Below are positions 59,951 to 64,000 of a stretch of DNA of 64,000 bases, piece by piece. Source of the stretch: Candidatus Latescibacterota bacterium (GTDB taxonomy: Bacteria > Latescibacterota > UBA2968 > UBA8231); the NCBI GenBank assembly GCA_965261395.1, contig OZ253462.1:1632001-1696000 (forward strand). The letters run 5' to 3'. Positions within the stretch are counted from its first letter, which is position 1. Each line of letters opens with the position of its first letter. The notes beneath the pieces are model-generated. The model ran no database searches. It had not been told where the DNA came from and worked only from the letters and a program-made list of their open reading frames with translations. The position numbers were made by a program, and so were the translations under genes.

Positions 59951-60769
59951 ATGGACGAACTCGCACTGGCGGAGGATTTCCAGTTCGACGCGCAGGGTTT
60001 TCTCATGCTGCGGAATGTCTTTGACGCCGAGGGCTGTCGGCGCTATCTCGAAGAACTTGAGCGGCTGTTCGCGCGCCAGTACGAAGACCCTTGGCTGCGC
60101 GACGGGGTTCGCGGGCAGACGACGGTCCAGATCGCCGAAGGTCAGCGGCGGGTCAACGGCTTGCCACTGTGGACGGAAGTGTTCGATGAGGTCATCAGCT
60201 TTGCGCCGGCGGTGGAGCGCCTGCGGCGCTGGATGCAGCATCCCCAACTCGTCAACACTTGGGCTATCGACAAGACGGAGGGCACGCCTTGGGGTGGGTG
60301 GCACCGGGGGTTAAATCCAGACGATTACACGGTGCGTAGAGGGACGATCCGCACGCGCATGTTGAACTGTGTGTACTTTCTGACGGACAACGATGAGGAA
60401 GACGGCTGCTTAGCGGTGGTGCCCGGCGCACACAAGTCGGAGATCGACTTGCCCATGGCCGAGTACCGGGGCCGCGATTTGCCCGGGGCCGTGCGGGTCA
60501 CCGGCAAGGCAGGGGATATGGTCATGTTCTCGGAGACGCTGCTTCACACTGGCGCGGCAAAGAGTTCATCCCGCCAGCGCACGAACCTCTATTTCAATTA
60601 CATCGACGCCACCTACAACCCGGCGATGCGAGAACTGCTGGCCGGGAACCAAGGCAACGTCAACCACTACGTGTTCCCACCAAAGGTGCGCTCTCGCTTC
60701 GACGCAACCCAGCGCGAGCTTACCGAGTGGATGGAGTGGCAGCGCACGGCACCGGCGTCGAGCGGCTAG
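59951..60769 (+). CDS. PhyH family protein (HxG variant)
   Basis: GAGGAG RBS; FQFDAQGF, WHRG, VPGAHK, AGD, LHTG. Confidence 0.85.
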   Translation: MDELALAEDFQFDAQGFLMLRNVFDAEGCRRYLEELERLFARQYEDPWLRDGVRGQTTVQIAEGQRRVNGLPLWTEVFDEVISFAPAVERLRRWMQHPQLVNTWAIDKTEGTPWGGWHRGLNPDDYTVRRGTIRTRMLNCVYFLTDNDEEDGCLAVVPGAHKSEIDLPMAEYRGRDLPGAVRVTGKAGDMVMFSETLLHTGAAKSSSRQRTNLYFNYIDATYNPAMRELLAGNQGNVNHYVFPPKVRSRFDATQRELTEWMEWQRTAPASSG

Positions 60770-60820
60770 GCGAGATACGCGCGGAAGCAAGCGATTAAAC
60801 GGGAGATAAAGGAGAATCAC

Positions 60821-62200
60821 TTGACCAATACACCCTCTTCCTCGCCAGAGGAAGTCTTGGCCGAAGGGGAAGTGCAGGAGCGACGAGACGTTCTTCGGCG
60901 CACGGTCCAAGAAGCCTTTGCGGCCGAGGATCTGGGCACCCTGCGTCTCATCCTCAACGATCATCATCCTGCGGACTTGGCCGATTTGTTCCGCCACCTA
61001 GACGACGATGAGCAACCCGTAGCATTGCAGGCCTTGGCCGAGCCGCTGGCCGCCGCGGTCTTGGCCGAGATGGACGCGGATGTCCTGCGCGACGTGGCCG
61101 AAGATCTGCCCGCGGACGATTTGTCGGGACTGGTCGATGAAATGGCCCCCGACGATGCGGCCGATGTCTTGGGCGACCTGTCCGAGGAGCAGAGTGCCGA
61201 AGTTCTCGATTTGCTCGAGGGCGAGGAAGCGGGTCAGGTGCGCGAGTTGTTGGCCCATCCCGAGGATACGGCCGGCGGGCTGATGACCTCGCGTTTTATC
61301 GCCGTGTCCGAGGATCTAAGCGCAGCCCAAGCCATAGAGCAGGTGCGGGCTTGGGCCGAAGACGAAGATGAGGTGTTCTATCTCTATTTGACCGACCAAG
61401 AGGGGATGCTGAGTGGCTTGGTGCCGCTCAAGCGGTTGTTGTTGGCCCCGGCCGATGCCCCGGTTGGCACCTTGGCCAAGCGCAATCCGATCACGGTGCG
61501 GAGCGATATGGACCAAGAGGAGATCGCCTATATCTTCGCCGAGTACGATCTGTTGGTATTGCCGGTGGTCGATGATGCAGGGCGCTTGGTAGGCGTGGTG
61601 ACCGTGGACGACATCTTCGACGTCATCGAAGAGGAGACCACCGAGGATATGTACGAGATGGCGGCCATTCCCTCGGAAGAGCGCACGGATCGCTCGGCTG
61701 CGGGCGTGGTGCGTCTGCGGCTGCCTTGGCTGTTGGTTTGCTTGGGGGGGACTCTGCTTGCGGGCGCGGTGATCGAGGGTTTTGCCGATACGCTCGCCAC
61801 GGCGCTTGCCCTGTCTTTTTTCGTGCCCGCGGTCATGGCTATGGGCGGCAATACGGGTATCCAAACTGCCACGGTGACTGTGCGGAGCTTGGCTATTGGC
61901 CGGGGGCAATGGGGCTTGGTGGGCCGCGAACTGCGGGTGGCTTTGGGTATGGGGGTTATTCTGGGCGTTTTGTCTTGGGGCGTGGCTAGCTGGTGGACCG
62001 GCGATGTACTCTTGGGGGGATGCGTCGGCTTGGCGATGGGAGCGGCGGTGATACTGGCGGCGGTGATGGGTGCTGTGGTGCCTTTGGTTTTTCGCCGCCT
62101 CGGGATTGATCCGGCCGTGGCTTCGGGGCCGCTGATCACGACGATCAACGACGGCTTGTCGCTGCTGCTCTATTTTGGGATTGCTGCGTTTTTCTTGTAG
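60821..62200 (+). CDS. mgtE: Magnesium transporter MgtE
   Basis: HPADLAD, DTAGGLMT, CBS pair, RLPWL, MGGNTGIQ, DPAVASGPLITTIND. Confidence 0.96.
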   Translation: MTNTPSSSPEEVLAEGEVQERRDVLRRTVQEAFAAEDLGTLRLILNDHHPADLADLFRHLDDDEQPVALQALAEPLAAAVLAEMDADVLRDVAEDLPADDLSGLVDEMAPDDAADVLGDLSEEQSAEVLDLLEGEEAGQVRELLAHPEDTAGGLMTSRFIAVSEDLSAAQAIEQVRAWAEDEDEVFYLYLTDQEGMLSGLVPLKRLLLAPADAPVGTLAKRNPITVRSDMDQEEIAYIFAEYDLLVLPVVDDAGRLVGVVTVDDIFDVIEEETTEDMYEMAAIPSEERTDRSAAGVVRLRLPWLLVCLGGTLLAGAVIEGFADTLATALALSFFVPAVMAMGGNTGIQTATVTVRSLAIGRGQWGLVGRELRVALGMGVILGVLSWGVASWWTGDVLLGGCVGLAMGAAVILAAVMGAVVPLVFRRLGIDPAVASGPLITTINDGLSLLLYFGIAAFFL

Positions 62201-62276
62201 GGGTGGGGGTGAGGGGGCGTATTCTCCCACTTAGTAGCGGGTTGATCCTGATACGTACCAAAAGGCAATAAGACCG

Positions 62277-62414
62277 TGGAGTTGTCCCGATTTCGTCGAC
62301 ACCCTTTACTTGAGCAAAGGAGGAGGTCCTAGCATGCCGAAATCTCATGTCCCGTACCCGCTGGAACTCTGGAAACAGAAGGTTGAGCTCGTAAAGGCAA
62401 GTCGTAGCCCATGA
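62277..62414 (+). mobile_element. IS3-family left-end remnant (IRL, RBS and 26 codons of orfA)
   Basis: TGGAGTTGTCCCGATTTCGTCGACACC end, AGGAGGAGG, then MPKSHVPYPLELWKQKVELVKASRSP* (62334-62414), resembling IS3 OrfA N-termini. Confidence 0.6.
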
Positions 62415-63250
62415 CAGGAGCCAAAAAACCGTACAAGTTTGATTTTGCAATCTCATTCTCGGGGGAAGACAGGTCAGTAGCCGAGGAACTAGCGGGGCAG
62501 CTTGTCGAGCGAGGAGCCGTCGTTTTCTGCGACAAGTTCTATCGTGGAAGCCTGTTGGGAAAACGCTTGGATCTCGAGTTCGACGGCGTATTCGGTGCTG
62601 GGACGCAATTCTTTGTGCCAATCGTATCAGCTAGCTATGTGGAGAGGCCTTGGCCGCAGTATGAGTGGAACGTTGCCAAACGCGAGGCTGAGAAGCGACG
62701 GGAAGAATTCATTCTGCCGGTTCGTTTGGACGATTCTCTCCTTGTCGGTCTGCTAGATACTGTATGCTACTTAGATCTTCGGTGCCACCCTGTGAGCGAA
62801 GTGGCCGACCTCCTTATCGAGAAGCTTGGGGGTTCGACGGCTGTTATGAACCGCCAGCTAGGAGAGCAAACGTGGGTGGCGGCTTTTGGTCTTCTCACAC
62901 AAGGCCTCCTAGACTGTGAGAACATCCCTCCGGAAGTATCCTCGAGCTATGCTAGATTGTGCGATTGGCTCACCGAAGATTTAAAGGGTCGTTTAGCCCG
63001 AATTCCCTTGGCAGACCCACGGATTACTGAGGACGCTAGAAACGGAGAGACCTTTGGCCTGCGGGTGGCCTTCGAGTGGGGTCCTTCCAAAGGACCACTG
63101 CAACTCGGTGACCTAGGGTGGTGGGAGTTACTGGAGCTTCTTCCGTACGATCAGATTTATGATTCCGCGAGCAACGTCGAAAATTTTGGCCAGCGGCTCG
63201 CTGGGGGGAGGGCTTCGAACTCACCAAGCGAAAGCGAAATGCGACAATGA
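62411..63250 (+). CDS. TIR-domain protein
   Basis: FDFAISFSGEDR, VFCD, S..Y....W...E (catalytic Glu region), ILPVRLD; unknown C-terminal domain. Confidence 0.88.
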   Translation: MTGAKKPYKFDFAISFSGEDRSVAEELAGQLVERGAVVFCDKFYRGSLLGKRLDLEFDGVFGAGTQFFVPIVSASYVERPWPQYEWNVAKREAEKRREEFILPVRLDDSLLVGLLDTVCYLDLRCHPVSEVADLLIEKLGGSTAVMNRQLGEQTWVAAFGLLTQGLLDCENIPPEVSSSYARLCDWLTEDLKGRLARIPLADPRITEDARNGETFGLRVAFEWGPSKGPLQLGDLGWWELLELLPYDQIYDSASNVENFGQRLAGGRASNSPSESEMRQ

Positions 63251-63296
63251 CCCCAAAAAATCGTCAAACTGTTTAATGATCGCTTGCTTAGTGTGC

Positions 63297-63614
63297 CTAC
63301 GCCACCGTCGATAGCCGCTCGACCTTGATTTGGTCGGCCTGTTTCATCGCTTGGGCTAAGTCGTAGGCCGCCTGCAACCGGTACCATGTATTCGCTCCGC
63401 CGCCGAATGCCTTGTCGAGGCGAATCGCCATCTGTGGCGAGATCCCCGAATGACCATTCACGACATCGGATAGCTGCTTCCGGCTGACTCTAAGTTTTTT
63501 TGCCGCTTCCGTCACGCTAAGCCCCAACGGCTCTAGGCAATCGTGACGGACGGATAGTCCCGGATGGGGTGGATTCTTCATCTGGAGATCGTTGTGTCGA
63601 AAGCGGACAATCAT
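63297..63614 (-). CDS. higA: HigA family antitoxin (HTH) carrying an 11-aa HigB-like leader
   Basis: MKNPPHPG...[18 protein letters not shown]...IS..MAIRL..AFG....W..LQ..YDL; HigA ATG at 63581. Confidence 0.88.
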   Translation of the reverse strand: MIVRFRHNDLQMKNPPHPGLSVRHDCLEPLGLSVTEAAKKLRVSRKQLSDVVNGHSGISPQMAIRLDKAFGGGANTWYRLQAAYDLAQAMKQADQIKVERLSTVA

Positions 63615-63696
63615 TCATAGAATGTAACCTATCACCTCTCAGGTTGCCATTCTTCTTGGTGAACCAGAGATTTGCTCCTAGGAGGCTGCGTCACCA

Positions 63697-63987
63697 ATGA
63701 ACGAAAATTCTACTATGCGCGACCGGACGAATCTTAAGAGGCTGGATAGCCTTACCGACGAAGAGATTGAACAGGCGGCTCGGTCCGATGCCGATACCTT
63801 GCTGTTAGAAGAGTGCGATATAGCGTCCCTAGAAGTCGTGATGCCTGAGAGGAAACAATCGATTTCTTTGCGTGTTGACTCGGATGTATTGGCCTATTTC
63901 AAGTCCTTTGGTAAAGGCTACCAAACGCGGATGAACGCTGTATTGCGCACCTATATGCAAGCCCAACAACGCCAAAAAGAGGTCTGA
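63697..63987 (+). CDS. BrnA-type antitoxin
   Basis: ISLRVDSDVLAYFKSFGKGYQTRMNAVLR; AGGAGG RBS. Confidence 0.88.
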   Translation: MNENSTMRDRTNLKRLDSLTDEEIEQAARSDADTLLLEECDIASLEVVMPERKQSISLRVDSDVLAYFKSFGKGYQTRMNAVLRTYMQAQQRQKEV

Positions 63988-64000
63988 GATACGGTTTTAC

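Overview
GC-rich bacterial chromosomal window with no rRNA, tRNA, CRISPR array or intact integrase that I could recognise. The first ~19 kb is housekeeping: dedA fragment, ispDF, queA, GT2, fused ECF ATPase, pyrC, an rnhB-yraN fusion, aroQ, prmA, mrp, dnaJ, grpE, hrcA, glnA, hemC, cobA/hemD and an AIR-synthase-like gene. From ~19.3 kb onward it is a mosaic accessory region with eight PhyH-type Fe(II)/2OG oxygenase genes, enolase-superfamily and glycosidase-like genes, IS scraps, orphan toxin/antitoxin genes and defence-like ORFs. This gene repertoire resembles Ca. Latescibacterota/Poribacteria-like marine or sponge bacteria (inference only). The top finding is an ORF missed by the ORF track (26363-27031). 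It reads signal peptide, then U-V-G-U (two in-frame TGA codons followed by a SECIS-like hairpin), then a beta-barrel-like domain, and it lies directly upstream of an exported YHS-thioredoxin gene. This is a candidate UxxU selenoprotein redox or metal-handling module. Other notable signals: nested direct repeats marking an integrase-free insertion hotspot, a trypsin-protease/degenerate-nuclease fusion, PhyH enzymes lacking the Asp iron ligand (halogenase-like), and a CCWGG-to-CTTGG/CCAAG mutational footprint in resident genes. All counts are by eye.
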